Shown here piece after piece: positions 19,035 through 29,661 of a stretch of DNA of 64,000 bases. The notes under the pieces are model-generated. The model made no database searches, was not told where the DNA came from, and saw only the letters and a list, made by a program, of their open reading frames with translations. This DNA comes from an uncultured Candidatus Saccharibacteria bacterium (GTDB lineage Bacteria > Patescibacteriota > Minisyncoccia > Phycocordibacterales > UBA9973). Position numbers and translations under genes: made by a program. Numbering within the stretch: the stretch's first letter is position 1; each line of letters opens with the position of its first letter. The stretch spans positions 30,409 to 94,408 of the forward strand of contig CAZXCN010000002.1 of the NCBI GenBank assembly GCA_964639185.1, written 5' to 3'.

Positions 19035-20792
19035 TTATTCTAAAACTGCTTTTATTCTTCGCACACCAGCAGATACTGCTTCTTCTTTTTGAATTTTGAA
19101 ATGTCCAAGTTCTTTTGTGTTTGTAATATGAGGCCCTCCACAGAATTCTTTTGATACTACATTTCCATCTGTATCTTCTATGAAATAAATTGAGACAACC
19201 TCAGGATATTTTGCACCAAATTCCATCTCGGCACCCAGACTTTCGGCTTCAACAAGTGGCATTTCGCGCCTGATTACATTGAGGCCTTGTGATATATTTT
19301 CATTTACTAGGTCTTCCACCTTCTTTTTCTCTTCATCGGTCATCTTGCGGTCAAATATAAAGTCTATGCGTAGACGCTCTTCGGTAATATTACTACCACG
19401 CTGTTTAACACTCTTGCCCAATACCTCTTGCAGGCTTGCAAGTAATAGGTGGTGTGCAGTATGTAGCCTAATAGTCTTGTCATTATGATTAGCGAGGCCT
19501 CCTTTGAACATACCAGCGCTTGATGTTTGTGACAGCTTCTGGTGTTCTGCCATTTTTTTATTGAAATCTTCTTTATCTACTACTATCCCTTTTTCTTTAG
19601 CCAATTCTTCAGTTAACTCGATAGGAAATCCATATGTAGTAGCTAGAATAAATGGATCAGTACCCTTTTCGAATTCTTTCAGGCCATTTGTTAAAGTTTG
19701 ATTAAATTTCTGCTCTTCTGTTTTAAAAATAGAAACTATATCAATCTCGTTAATATTTGGATATATGGTTAAATAAAATTTAATATAATAATTAATCATA
19801 TCTTCTGCTGTGTTTTCTGTTAGTTTTAATTTATTTATATAAAAAACAGCACGACGAATCAAACGGCGCAAAACATAACCTTGGCTTTTATTAGCAGGAA
19901 TTACTCCCTCAGCAATAAGCATTGTTGATGCGCGCATATGGTCTACAATAATACGAGAAGATAGTTCATCGTATGCAGTACTATTTTGTCGGATCATATC
20001 CATTACTGGTTTTAGCATATCAGTATCATAAGCAGTATTTTTACCTTGCATAACAGCTGTTATACGCTCGAGTCCTGCACCAGTATCTACATTTTTCTGA
20101 GCTAATTTACCTATTACTTTGCCGTCCTTCTTCTCATACTCCATGAATACATCATTCCAGATCTCGATTATTCTTTCGTCTTGTACAGCTTTTATAAAAT
20201 CCTCTTTATTTAGGTCACCAATATTACCCACCATGTCGTAGAACATCTCACTACAAGGGCCACATGGGCCATTATCACCTGGGCTCCACCAATTGTCTTC
20301 TGCGGGTAATGCATAAATTCTATTTTCAGGAATTCCAACACTCATCCAAATATCTTTTGATTCTTGATCAAAGGGCGCATTTTCATCACCCGCAAATATA
20401 GTGACGTAAAGTCTTTTCACATCTAAGCCAAGTCCTTTGTTGCCATCTTCCTTGTCATCTCCATTAGTCAGGAATTCATAACTCCACTTGATAGCATCTT
20501 CTTTAAAATAATCTCCAAGTGACCAATTACCCATCATCTCAAAGAAAGAGAAGTGTCTATTATCCCCAATATCATCGAGGTCCCCAGTACGCACGCATTT
20601 CTGTATATCAGCAAGCCGGCTTCCCATTGGGTGCTTTTGACCCATTAGGTACGGTACCAAAGGTTGCATACCAGCAGTGTTGAATAATACTGAAGGGTCA
20701 TTTTCAGGTACGAGCGATGCTGAAGGCAGTATTTTATGCCCCCTCGCTTCAAAGAATTTTAAAAACCTTGTTCGTATTTCACTTGATTGCAT
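19035..20792 (-). CDS. alaS: Alanine--tRNA ligase (compact, no C-Ala domain)
   Basis: FNTAGMQP, FEMMGNWS, DTGAGLER, HTAHH, EFCGGPH. Confidence 0.97.
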   Translation of the reverse strand: MQSSEIRTRFLKFFEARGHKILPSASLVPENDPSVLFNTAGMQPLVPYLMGQKHPMGSRLADIQKCVRTGDLDDIGDNRHFSFFEMMGNWSLGDYFKEDAIKWSYEFLTNGDDKEDGNKGLGLDVKRLYVTIFAGDENAPFDQESKDIWMSVGIPENRIYALPAEDNWWSPGDNGPCGPCSEMFYDMVGNIGDLNKEDFIKAVQDERIIEIWNDVFMEYEKKDGKVIGKLAQKNVDTGAGLERITAVMQGKNTAYDTDMLKPVMDMIRQNSTAYDELSSRIIVDHMRASTMLIAEGVIPANKSQGYVLRRLIRRAVFYINKLKLTENTAEDMINYYIKFYLTIYPNINEIDIVSIFKTEEQKFNQTLTNGLKEFEKGTDPFILATTYGFPIELTEELAKEKGIVVDKEDFNKKMAEHQKLSQTSSAGMFKGGLANHNDKTIRLHTAHHLLLASLQEVLGKSVKQRGSNITEERLRIDFIFDRKMTDEEKKKVEDLVNENISQGLNVIRREMPLVEAESLGAEMEFGAKYPEVVSIYFIEDTDGNVVSKEFCGGPHITNTKELGHFKIQKEEAVSAGVRRIKAVLE

Positions 20793-20903
20793 AAAACTAA
20801 TATATCAAATTCTACCTATTATTGCACCCCCTTTTATTTTTTATAAACAAAATATTTTTATATTACTTTACCCAAGATGAACGATCGTCGAAATTGGGTA
20901 AAG

Positions 20904-21968
20904 TTATAGAACGATTCCGCCTGCAAGGCATGTATCTCCATCGTAGATTACGACAGATTGGCCAGGGGCAAGAGCATTGTCTGGGTTGTTAAATTTTATT
21001 TTTAAAATATTATCTTTACTTTCTAAAATTTCTATATCTAAATTCTCCCCATGGTAACGAACTTGGGCAGTATAATTCTTCCCCACCTCTACTTCATCAC
21101 GAACAACAACTTTTTCTAAAGTTATAAATTCATTATTCATTTTATTTTGGTCTTTATTTTGCGAAACAGTAATAGTATTTTTCACAATATCTTTAGCTAT
21201 CACAAAATACGGTTTGTCATTTGGAGTCTTCTTTGTAATATTGAAGCCATGGCGTTCACCTAGTGTATACAATAATGCACCTTCATGAGTACCGATAATA
21301 TTACCATCAATATCCAAGACATCCCCCTCTTTATTTTCTATATAATGCTTTAGGAAATCCTTCATGTCTAATGGCCCTAGGAAGCAGACACCTTGACTGT
21401 CTTTCTTGTCTGCAACAGGTATATCGAATTTATTTGCCAACTTTCTAACTTCACTTTTCTCTAAATGCCCTATAGGGAATAATGTATGGGTCAAATCCTC
21501 CCTCGTTAAAGTCCAAAGGAAATATGATTGGTCTTTAGCCTTATCTGTGGAACGCAGTAAACCCATAAGATTCTGTGCATAATGCCCTGTAGCAATAAAG
21601 TCTGCGCCACGTTCTTTTGCAAACTGCCAGAATACTCCGAACTTTACTTCACGATTACACATAACATCGGGGTTTGGAGTGCGACCAGCCTTGTACTCAC
21701 TTATCATATAGTCAGCTACACCTTCTTTATACGCATTTTCTGCATCACATTCGAGATATGGCACATCTAAGTGTGCACATACACGCATAGCATCCCTGCG
21801 CTCGTCACGCCAAGTACATTCTATAAAGTCGGGTTGCCATGTACGAATAAAAACTCCGACAACATTGTATCCTTGTTTTTTCAGTAATGCCAAAGAAACC
21901 GAAGAATCCACTCCTCCGCTTACTCCGACAAATACGGTTATGTCACTCACTTTCTTCATATTTTTCAC
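20904..21968 (-). CDS. mnmA: tRNA 2-thiouridylase MnmA
   Basis: SGGVDSS, TPNPDVMCN, ATGHYA, KDQSYFL, DSQGVCF. Confidence 0.97.
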   Translation of the reverse strand: MKNMKKVSDITVFVGVSGGVDSSVSLALLKKQGYNVVGVFIRTWQPDFIECTWRDERRDAMRVCAHLDVPYLECDAENAYKEGVADYMISEYKAGRTPNPDVMCNREVKFGVFWQFAKERGADFIATGHYAQNLMGLLRSTDKAKDQSYFLWTLTREDLTHTLFPIGHLEKSEVRKLANKFDIPVADKKDSQGVCFLGPLDMKDFLKHYIENKEGDVLDIDGNIIGTHEGALLYTLGERHGFNITKKTPNDKPYFVIAKDIVKNTITVSQNKDQNKMNNEFITLEKVVVRDEVEVGKNYTAQVRYHGENLDIEILESKDNILKIKFNNPDNALAPGQSVVIYDGDTCLAGGIVL

Positions 21969-22010
21969 TATATAATAAATATATACTAAAAGCTATGCTA
22001 GTATGTATAT

Positions 22011-22760
22011 ATGCATAAAATGTTTAAAATTTTTATAATATTTTTAATAATTCTTATATTTTTCTATTTTTATAATAATTACAAAGAATCAGATATTACG
22101 AATTTAGATATTACAGATACTGACACTCAATCAAAAACTTCAAATGTAGATTTATCAAAAAGTGATCATGTTGTAGAGATTAAAGGAGAGGTAAAAGATA
22201 TTATTAAATCAACTAATCCAAAAATGTTAGAAATATCAAATTACCTGAAAACAAATTATCCAAACATAAACATGGGTAATTCGTATATTGTTGTATCAGT
22301 CCCGAAACAAGAATTATATTTTATAAATAACAACAGTATTACAACTTATCCAATATCAACAGCAAAGCTTGGTGTAGGCAATATAATGAATAGCAACCAA
22401 ACACCACTTGGTCTACACAATATTTATAAAAAAATAGGTTCTGGTAGTGACATTGGTACAATAATAAAGGGTGGTGTAGTGACAAATAAAATCTCGCCCA
22501 TCATTACAGATCCAATATCGATAAATACTGATTTATTGATTACTCGTGTTATCCAATTAACAGGCAATGAAGTCGGTGTAAATAAAGGTGGAAAGGTAGA
22601 TAGCTTGGCTCGAGGTATTATGATACATGGCACACCTGAAGAAGGGCTTATAGGTACACCTGCAAGTCATGGGTGTATCCGCATGATAAACACAGACATC
22701 ATCAAGCTTTATAATGAAGTTTCAGTAAAAACAAAAGTTATTATAGAAGATAAATTCTAA
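22011..22760 (+). CDS. L,D-transpeptidase (YkuD family) with N-terminal anchor
   Basis: IMIHGT...ASHGCIRM motif, TPLG. Confidence 0.9.
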   Translation: MHKMFKIFIIFLIILIFFYFYNNYKESDITNLDITDTDTQSKTSNVDLSKSDHVVEIKGEVKDIIKSTNPKMLEISNYLKTNYPNINMGNSYIVVSVPKQELYFINNNSITTYPISTAKLGVGNIMNSNQTPLGLHNIYKKIGSGSDIGTIIKGGVVTNKISPIITDPISINTDLLITRVIQLTGNEVGVNKGGKVDSLARGIMIHGTPEEGLIGTPASHGCIRMINTDIIKLYNEVSVKTKVIIEDKF

Positions 22761-22761
22761 A

Positions 22762-23631
22762 TTATTTATTACTAAACCAACGAGCAAATATTCCACAAGG
22801 CAACAATCTGTCCCCTTTGGATTCTGCTATTACAAGTTCGCCTATTTCAATACTTCCATTGTAATCCTTCATCATATCCTTGAGGGTATTCTCATAAGCT
22901 ATTGGTGAATATCCTGCAGTATAACCATTAATAAGAACAAATAGAGGCTCGTCACTCAAAACTTTTTGGCACAGATCCAAAAGTTCCATAAAATTCTCCT
23001 CAATTTTCCATAATTCATCTTTTGGTCCATGTCCAAATGCTGGTGGATCCATAATGATAGCATCATATTTATTGCCACGTTTTACTTCACGTCGTAGGAA
23101 CAAAATACAATCTTCTACAATCCAGCGTATTGGTTTGTCAGCCAAGCCTGAAAGCTCAGAATTTTCCCGAGCCCAAGATACTGCAACCTTAGATCCATCT
23201 ACATGCACAACTTCAGCACCGGCATTTGCGCATGCAAGACTTGCACCACCAGTATATGCAAATAGATTTAGAACTTTGGGCATATCTCTCTTTGAACCCT
23301 TGATCACTTTATCCATCCATTGCCAATTTGCCAATTGCTCAGGGAACAAACCTGTGTGTTTAAATGATGTAGGTCTAATAGCGAATACAAAGTCACCAAA
23401 TTCTATAGTCCACTTCTTTGGGACATTTGATTTTAATTTCCATTCGTTTCTTGTACCTCTACGAATAAATACAGCATCAGCATTGTTCCATGTATGAGTC
23501 GCTATATTTTGTTTCCACAAAGCCTCAGGGTCAGGTCTAGAAAATACAATATCTCCATAACGTTCGAGTTTATAACCCGAACCAGAATCTAGTAATTCAT
23601 AATCTTTGCTTGGTAATGTTTTTAATATCAT
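22762..23631 (-). CDS. Class I SAM-dependent methyltransferase (RlmI/RlmK-like)
   Basis: HTGLFPEQ, VLNLFAYTG, DPPAFG. Confidence 0.88.
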   Translation of the reverse strand: MILKTLPSKDYELLDSGSGYKLERYGDIVFSRPDPEALWKQNIATHTWNNADAVFIRRGTRNEWKLKSNVPKKWTIEFGDFVFAIRPTSFKHTGLFPEQLANWQWMDKVIKGSKRDMPKVLNLFAYTGGASLACANAGAEVVHVDGSKVAVSWARENSELSGLADKPIRWIVEDCILFLRREVKRGNKYDAIIMDPPAFGHGPKDELWKIEENFMELLDLCQKVLSDEPLFVLINGYTAGYSPIAYENTLKDMMKDYNGSIEIGELVIAESKGDRLLPCGIFARWFSNK

Positions 23632-23645
23632 AATTTATATTAATT

Positions 23646-24194
23646 TTAAATTTCTACTAATTTTTCATAAAGTGTATGCAATGCTCGAGCATCGGCGAGT
23701 GCTGTATGCGCATTCTTGTTTTCTATTTTAAAATATTCACAAAGTGTCCGTAATGAATATTTATCAATGTCATCACGTCCGTGTAATTTTGCAAATGACA
23801 TAGTTATTGTATCGATACGCAAATAATGCATAGTATTCACAACAGAGGTAGCTTTAAATGCACGATCCAAAAACCCAGCATCGAAACACAAATTATGGGC
23901 TACCATGATGCAATCTTTGGTTTTGTCAGATAAAATTTGCATACCTTCTTTTAATGTATACGCCAACACCCAATCAATTGGATCATATTTATTTACACGC
24001 AATGACACAGGGTCAGCTGTTTCTATGTGATTGGGTTTTATCTTTATATCAAATTCATCAACAATCTTAAAAGTTGGTTTTGTTCCACTCCAATCTTGAT
24101 CCACAAGTACCACACCTATTTCAATAAGTTCATGTGTATCAGGATCAAAACCTGTTGTTTCTGTATCAATGAATGCTAAGCGATGTTTTCTCAT
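23646..24194 (-). CDS. DEDDh 3'-5' exonuclease (DnaQ-like)
   Basis: DTETTG, AHNLCFD, AHTALADA. Confidence 0.9.
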   Translation of the reverse strand: MRKHRLAFIDTETTGFDPDTHELIEIGVVLVDQDWSGTKPTFKIVDEFDIKIKPNHIETADPVSLRVNKYDPIDWVLAYTLKEGMQILSDKTKDCIMVAHNLCFDAGFLDRAFKATSVVNTMHYLRIDTITMSFAKLHGRDDIDKYSLRTLCEYFKIENKNAHTALADARALHTLYEKLVEI

Positions 24195-25112
24195 TTATCT
24201 TAAATATCTATCTATGTTTTTCTTGTGCTCTGCAAATGTAACAGCCGTATGTATCATACCACTTTTGTCATGTAAGTAAAAAAAGTAATTATTTGTATCT
24301 GGATTCACAGTAGCCTCGATAGCGACCAGTCCTGAATTTGTAATAGGGCTATCTGGTAAACCTTTTGTTTTATAAGTCACAGGGGCAGCATCAGCTTGCA
24401 ATAACATACCCTTTTGCAACCTATTCCACAATATTCCAGATATTATATTAGCATCATCTTTACTATTTGCCTCCATCTGTACTATTGATGCCATTATTAT
24501 AATATCCTCTTTTGAGTAATCTTTATAACCTTTGGTTAATACTTTCTTTGTCTTTTTTGTAAATGTATTTTCTAAAATTGTTGCCATTTCTTCTACTGTT
24601 GTAAGTGGGTAAAAGAAATACGTATCTGGAAATAGATATCCTTGTTCTCCATCAATTCTTTGTAAAAATGCATCTTTATCGAAATTATTTATCTTATTGG
24701 AAAAAATATTGGCTATCTCTACATTGGTCTTTCCTTCAGGTATTGTAATTTTTATCGGTGATACATTATGGATACCTCTTGATAATCGATATCCGACTGT
24801 AGGTAGCCATATACCCTTTTCAAATTTATAGTCACCTATACTCATATTCTGATCTGAACCTAGAAAAGCTACTACCGATTGCAAAAATAATGGGGATTTT
24901 ACAACCCCTTTTATATACAATTCATTTGATATATCTCTGATCGACTGGCCTTGTGTTACGTGGATAGTCACATCTGAATCTCTTTTCGGAGCTATTAATA
25001 TAAATAGATAAATAAATATTAAAACAATAAATACCAAACCAAGAAAAACTAATAAATATTTAAAAGCATATTTATTAGTTTTTGTATTATTAAGTTCTAA
25101 GTTATCTTCCAT
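24195..25112 (-). CDS. mltG: Endolytic transglycosylase MltG
   Basis: N-terminal TM, TIPEG, GYLFPDTY, ASIVQME, GLPDSPI. Confidence 0.9.
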   Translation of the reverse strand: MEDNLELNNTKTNKYAFKYLLVFLGLVFIVLIFIYLFILIAPKRDSDVTIHVTQGQSIRDISNELYIKGVVKSPLFLQSVVAFLGSDQNMSIGDYKFEKGIWLPTVGYRLSRGIHNVSPIKITIPEGKTNVEIANIFSNKINNFDKDAFLQRIDGEQGYLFPDTYFFYPLTTVEEMATILENTFTKKTKKVLTKGYKDYSKEDIIIMASIVQMEANSKDDANIISGILWNRLQKGMLLQADAAPVTYKTKGLPDSPITNSGLVAIEATVNPDTNNYFFYLHDKSGMIHTAVTFAEHKKNIDRYLR

Positions 25113-25130
25113 TTATAATTTAATTGAATA

Positions 25131-26429
25131 TTAAGATGGCAAATTGGACGGTGGCTTTGATATCTTTGATTCTACACGCTTGAATGAAGGAGTTTCTGAA
25201 ACCATACCTGGAAAATGGAATAGAGTAGCTAATTCTTCAACACTTAGTACAAATATCTCCGGACGTCCAGATGGTAGGAACGATGAGAGCAATGCAGGAT
25301 ATTTAAATGAGTATTGTATTGGAGGATGGAACATAACACGTAAACGATAAAAGTCCACGTGGCGACGCTTGATCTTATTCAAAGCCAAGCCAGTAGGGTC
25401 AGACCATGGCGCATCGAACTGTGTAGAATTGAAACGTTCTAATTGATTACGATTGGGATACGCAAACTGTCGGAATATCAGACGAACTGAACGACGTAGA
25501 TTCATAAACTCGTCGAATGATACTAGATCCTTGTTCGCAAGTGTGACCACACGTATACCACAGTCAAAGTGAATCTGATTAATATGTCTAAATGTCTCTT
25601 TTACTAAATCCTTCAGTGGATCCGGAGTACGCATATCTTGACCAAAGTCATCTTTGTTATCGTTCTTTTGTGTACGAGTATATGGCTTCAATAATGTAGC
25701 TATTTCTTCCATAGCAGCCTCATAGATACTGATATGCTTACCTGTATGATGACTATGATATGTTTTAATATTTTGACGCACTATTATCTGTATCCAGACT
25801 TGCTCACCCGGCTTTAATGAACCTAAATATTCAATAGTAGGAGTAAGTGGGTCAATTTTAAATTCTTCTTTGACACCGGTCTTCATATCATCACCAAAGT
25901 CTTTGTATGTTTTAATTGGGTAGATATCGTGTCTCTCTTTTTTCCAGTCAGCACCCCAAGTGTTCCATTTGCCGTGTTTCGTAATACGAGGAACGTGGAA
26001 AACATAATCGTCCACCTCAAACACCTTTGCTTGTGGGTACTGTGCGTATATTTGTGTCTCCACCAAGTTACGCATACGTGATGGTGTACGAATAAAGAAG
26101 TGAACTCTACCATCGATAGATACCATTTCGCAAGAAAACCAGAACCAAGGTGCACCTTGGACGTATACTTCCCAAAAACCTTTCATACTTTTATGATAGA
26201 AAGCATTTGAAAATATCAATTCCATAGCAGCTGGGGTTTTATTTACATCACGAGGTACCATTATTTCAAGTAAAACCCATTTGATACCCATAATAAACCT
26301 CTCTTGTCTGTAGTGATGCCACACATGCAATGCAATAAATGCCAAAGGTATCGGCATTAAATAACCAATAATTTTTATTAAAACATTGAGTAAATTTATA
26401 TTATGTGACGACAAGAATTCAGTAAGCAT
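25131..26429 (-). CDS. Conserved CPR-type hypothetical membrane-anchored protein
   Basis: One TM; LLEI..PR, FSCEM, IYAQYP, YPIKTY and EELATLFHFP motifs. Confidence 0.7.
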   Translation of the reverse strand: MLTEFLSSHNINLLNVLIKIIGYLMPIPLAFIALHVWHHYRQERFIMGIKWVLLEIMVPRDVNKTPAAMELIFSNAFYHKSMKGFWEVYVQGAPWFWFSCEMVSIDGRVHFFIRTPSRMRNLVETQIYAQYPQAKVFEVDDYVFHVPRITKHGKWNTWGADWKKERHDIYPIKTYKDFGDDMKTGVKEEFKIDPLTPTIEYLGSLKPGEQVWIQIIVRQNIKTYHSHHTGKHISIYEAAMEEIATLLKPYTRTQKNDNKDDFGQDMRTPDPLKDLVKETFRHINQIHFDCGIRVVTLANKDLVSFDEFMNLRRSVRLIFRQFAYPNRNQLERFNSTQFDAPWSDPTGLALNKIKRRHVDFYRLRVMFHPPIQYSFKYPALLSSFLPSGRPEIFVLSVEELATLFHFPGMVSETPSFKRVESKISKPPSNLPS

Positions 26430-26540
26430 AATTTTATTTTAAATAACCAATTAGAAAGCCTATGATTACTAGACCTAATATTATAATAATTAAATTAATA
26501 AAACCTTTCTGATGCATGACATATATTATATCACACACAA

Positions 26541-26574
26541 AACAAAAATCCCTGACATATCAGGGATTTTTGTT
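26541..26574. terminator. Terminator
   Basis: AACAAAAATCCCTGA/TCAGGGATTTTTGTT stem. Confidence 0.8.
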
Positions 26575-26588
26575 GAAATCTTTTTATA

Positions 26589-27620
26589 TTAAGCTTGCGT
26601 ATACAAACCTTGTTTATTTTTTTTGAAATATTTTGAATTTTGCAAATTTACAAGTATTGTATTCTTCTTTAGATAACGCTCTTTCATGACTGCCTCTACG
26701 ATATCATCTTTTGACATTGGTCCGTTTGCTTTCAATAAATCTTTTATTACCTCACGAACTACACCTGTCTTGTAACCCCATTCTTTTAGTGCATAGATAC
26801 CTCGACCAACAAGAACGAAGCGCTGATCCTTAATAAGTTCATTGTGGCAAGTAGCTGTATGTGTCTTTTTGCCAAATGTATCGCAGATAGATGTTGCAAC
26901 CTCACGGAAGTGCATAGGGCTACCATGCTTGCGCATCATAAGGAATGCATAATCTTTGATACCACGTGTTTTAATATTTGATGATGTTGATTTACCCCAT
27001 TCACCGAGTGGATTTTTACTCATTTTCTTACTGATAGACAACCAACGTCTTGCTACTTCTTCATTACGGTATTTATCAGAAATATTTTTTAGCTCATCTA
27101 GAAACTTCTTTACTAATTCACTTTCAGGAATTAATTCATCGTCACTTAGATTTGTATATAAATTCTTTAATGCATTGTGTATGTTCTCAGAGACAGAGTC
27201 ATCAACGCTCCAACGACTCTTGAAATGTTCATCTTCTTTACTCTTTGTAAAATCATCACCTAGTGTTAGGTAAAGGTGGATATGATTTTGAGTAGTTAGG
27301 TCTTTTGAGATATGACTCAACAGTTCTTCTTCACCAACTATAGCGCCCAAACTGTGCATTATTTCTTTGAGTTCTTCGAATACTTGTTTTTCAGCTTTAA
27401 ATGAATCAGATTTACGGATCAATGTTAGTGCTGAATTCTCTATCTGGCGAACACGTTCACGAGTAATACCGTACTTGCCACCAATAGCCTCGAGCGTCTT
27501 ACGCTCAGGTTCATTACCCAATCCAAATCTACTTATGATAACTTCATAAGAGCGCTCTGGAAGATTTGAGAGGATCTTTTTTGTAACTTGCTTTGGCTTA
27601 AATGTGACATTTGTTGGCAT
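26589..27620 (-). CDS. Sigma-70 region-4 HTH protein with C-terminal winged-helix (HARE-HTH/RNAP delta-like) domains
   Basis: RFGL..TLEAIGGKYGITRERVRQIE at the N-terminus; PMHFRE, HNELI, FVLVGRGIYAL. Confidence 0.75.
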   Translation of the reverse strand: MPTNVTFKPKQVTKKILSNLPERSYEVIISRFGLGNEPERKTLEAIGGKYGITRERVRQIENSALTLIRKSDSFKAEKQVFEELKEIMHSLGAIVGEEELLSHISKDLTTQNHIHLYLTLGDDFTKSKEDEHFKSRWSVDDSVSENIHNALKNLYTNLSDDELIPESELVKKFLDELKNISDKYRNEEVARRWLSISKKMSKNPLGEWGKSTSSNIKTRGIKDYAFLMMRKHGSPMHFREVATSICDTFGKKTHTATCHNELIKDQRFVLVGRGIYALKEWGYKTGVVREVIKDLLKANGPMSKDDIVEAVMKERYLKKNTILVNLQNSKYFKKNKQGLYTQA

Positions 27621-27692
27621 TTGATTGTATATTTTTGTTTATAATAAAATCTAACTATGATTATAATATCATTACTATCTAATAAAGTCAAC

Positions 27693-27731
27693 TAATTTTT
27701 AAAGCCTTACGTTGTAAGGCTTTAAAAATTA
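27693..27731. terminator. Terminator after typA
   Basis: 18-bp stem TAATTTTTAAAGCCTTAC/GTAAGGCTTTAAAAATTA. Confidence 0.75.
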
Positions 27732-29525
27732 TTATTTTGATGTTTTATACTTTGAACGCATAGATTCTGTAAGAAACTTCTTGCGCAAACGTACATTTTT
27801 TGGTGTAATTTCAAGGTATTCGTCATCGGCTATTATCTCTAAACCACGCTCAATAGACAGAGTATATGGTGGCTTAACGTTCACAGCTTCATCAGATCCA
27901 GACGCACGCATGTTTGTTAATTGCTTACCTTTTATCGGGTTAACAGCCATTTCATCACCCTTTGTGACATTACCTATAACCATCCCTTCATATACTTGTG
28001 TACCGTGTTCTACATACAATATTCCACGCTCTTGCAAATTCCACAAAGCAAAAGCTACAGCCATACCAGATATCATAGATGTCATAGAACCTACATCACG
28101 CTTCTTTATCTCGCCAGCGTATTCTTTAAAGCCTATGAATTGTGAAGACAACAATCCTTCACCTTTTGTATCTACTACGAATTGACCACGGTATCCGAGC
28201 AATCCTCGTGTTGGCATCTCGATCAAGATACGAGTTATACCCTCTTTATCATTCATTGAAGTTATTAACCCACGTCTAGCAGTTAACTTTTCAATAACAG
28301 AACCAGCAAGCTCACTACGCACATCAACAGTTACTTCTTCATAAGGTTCTTGTTTACCATTACCGTCATCTTTGATGATTACATGTGGCTGAGAAACTTG
28401 AAGTTCATACCCTTCACGACGCATATTTTCAAGCAATACAGCTATGTGTAATTCACCACGTCCATAAACAAGGAACCCTTCTGGGCCATCAAAATCAACT
28501 TTTAATCCAACGTTTATTTCTAATTCTTTTTCTAATCTTTCACGTATTTGTCGTCCTGTAACATATTTACCTTCACGTCCTGCAAATGGTGAGTCATTTA
28601 CTATGAAATTCAAAGATATTGTTGGTTCATCGATAGCAATAGAAGGCATAGGTTCCGTATCAGGACTTATGCAAATAGTTTCGCCGATAAATACATCTGA
28701 AATTCCAGCAATAATAGCAATGTCACCTGTAGTTAGGATATCAGCATCCTTGCGGGCAATACCTTCAAATGTAAACATCTTTACTATTTTTGAATTACGA
28801 GATTCTCCATCAGCTTTTTTGACAATAATATTTGAAGCAGTTTTTATAGACCCTGAGTATGCACGCACGATAGCTAAGCGACCTAAGAAATTATCGTAAC
28901 CTAGGTTAAATACTTGCGCTACAAATGGTGCTTCGGGATTTTTACTTGCTTCGGGTACATTTTCTAATATCAAATCCAATAATGGAGTTAAGTCTTTTGA
29001 ATCATCTGCTAGATTTTTCTTTGCGATACCTTGACGACCAATAGCATATATAGTTTTAAAATCTATCTGTTCATCATTTGCACCAAGTTCAAGGAACAAT
29101 TCCAATACTTCTTCGTGAACTTTGTCTGGATTCGCTGCTGGCTTGTCTATTTTATTTATAACAACGATTGGCTTTAGACCTAATTCAAGTGACTTTTTCA
29201 ACACGAATCGTGTTTGTGGCATTGGGCCTTCCTGAGCATCAACAAGTAGTAAAACAGAATCAATAGCACGCAAAACACGTTCAACTTCTGAACCAAAGTC
29301 CGCGTGACCAGGAGTGTCTACTATGTTTATCTTAGTACCTTTGTAAGAAACTGATGTATTTTTAGAATATATAGTAATACCACGCTCAAGCTCTAGAGCA
29401 TTTGAGTCCATAGTAGCGCCGTTATCATTCATACCGCATTGCTTCATGAGCTGATCGGTTAGAGTTGTTTTACCATGGTCCACGTGGGCTATAATTGCGA
29501 TGTTTCGTATTTCTTGATTTTGCAT
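27732..29525 (-). CDS. typA: Translational GTPase TypA/BipA
   Basis: AHVDHGKTT, DTPGHADF, GRGELH, KQLTNMRASG, EITPKNVRLRK. Confidence 0.97.
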   Translation of the reverse strand: MQNQEIRNIAIIAHVDHGKTTLTDQLMKQCGMNDNGATMDSNALELERGITIYSKNTSVSYKGTKINIVDTPGHADFGSEVERVLRAIDSVLLLVDAQEGPMPQTRFVLKKSLELGLKPIVVINKIDKPAANPDKVHEEVLELFLELGANDEQIDFKTIYAIGRQGIAKKNLADDSKDLTPLLDLILENVPEASKNPEAPFVAQVFNLGYDNFLGRLAIVRAYSGSIKTASNIIVKKADGESRNSKIVKMFTFEGIARKDADILTTGDIAIIAGISDVFIGETICISPDTEPMPSIAIDEPTISLNFIVNDSPFAGREGKYVTGRQIRERLEKELEINVGLKVDFDGPEGFLVYGRGELHIAVLLENMRREGYELQVSQPHVIIKDDGNGKQEPYEEVTVDVRSELAGSVIEKLTARRGLITSMNDKEGITRILIEMPTRGLLGYRGQFVVDTKGEGLLSSQFIGFKEYAGEIKKRDVGSMTSMISGMAVAFALWNLQERGILYVEHGTQVYEGMVIGNVTKGDEMAVNPIKGKQLTNMRASGSDEAVNVKPPYTLSIERGLEIIADDEYLEITPKNVRLRKKFLTESMRSKYKTSK

Positions 29526-29617
29526 AATAAATTTTAGAATAAAAATAATTCGCCTTTATTGGCGAAAGATGAGTAGATTATAGCACACAAATATTGACAA
29601 CACAAGGAAATTATTGA

Positions 29618-29653
29618 TTTGAAAAAACCAACATTTCTGTTGGTTTTTTCAAA
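29618..29653. terminator. Terminator after rseP
   Basis: TTTGAAAAAACCAACA/TGTTGGTTTTTTCAAA stem. Confidence 0.75.
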
Positions 29654-29661
29654 AAATAATC

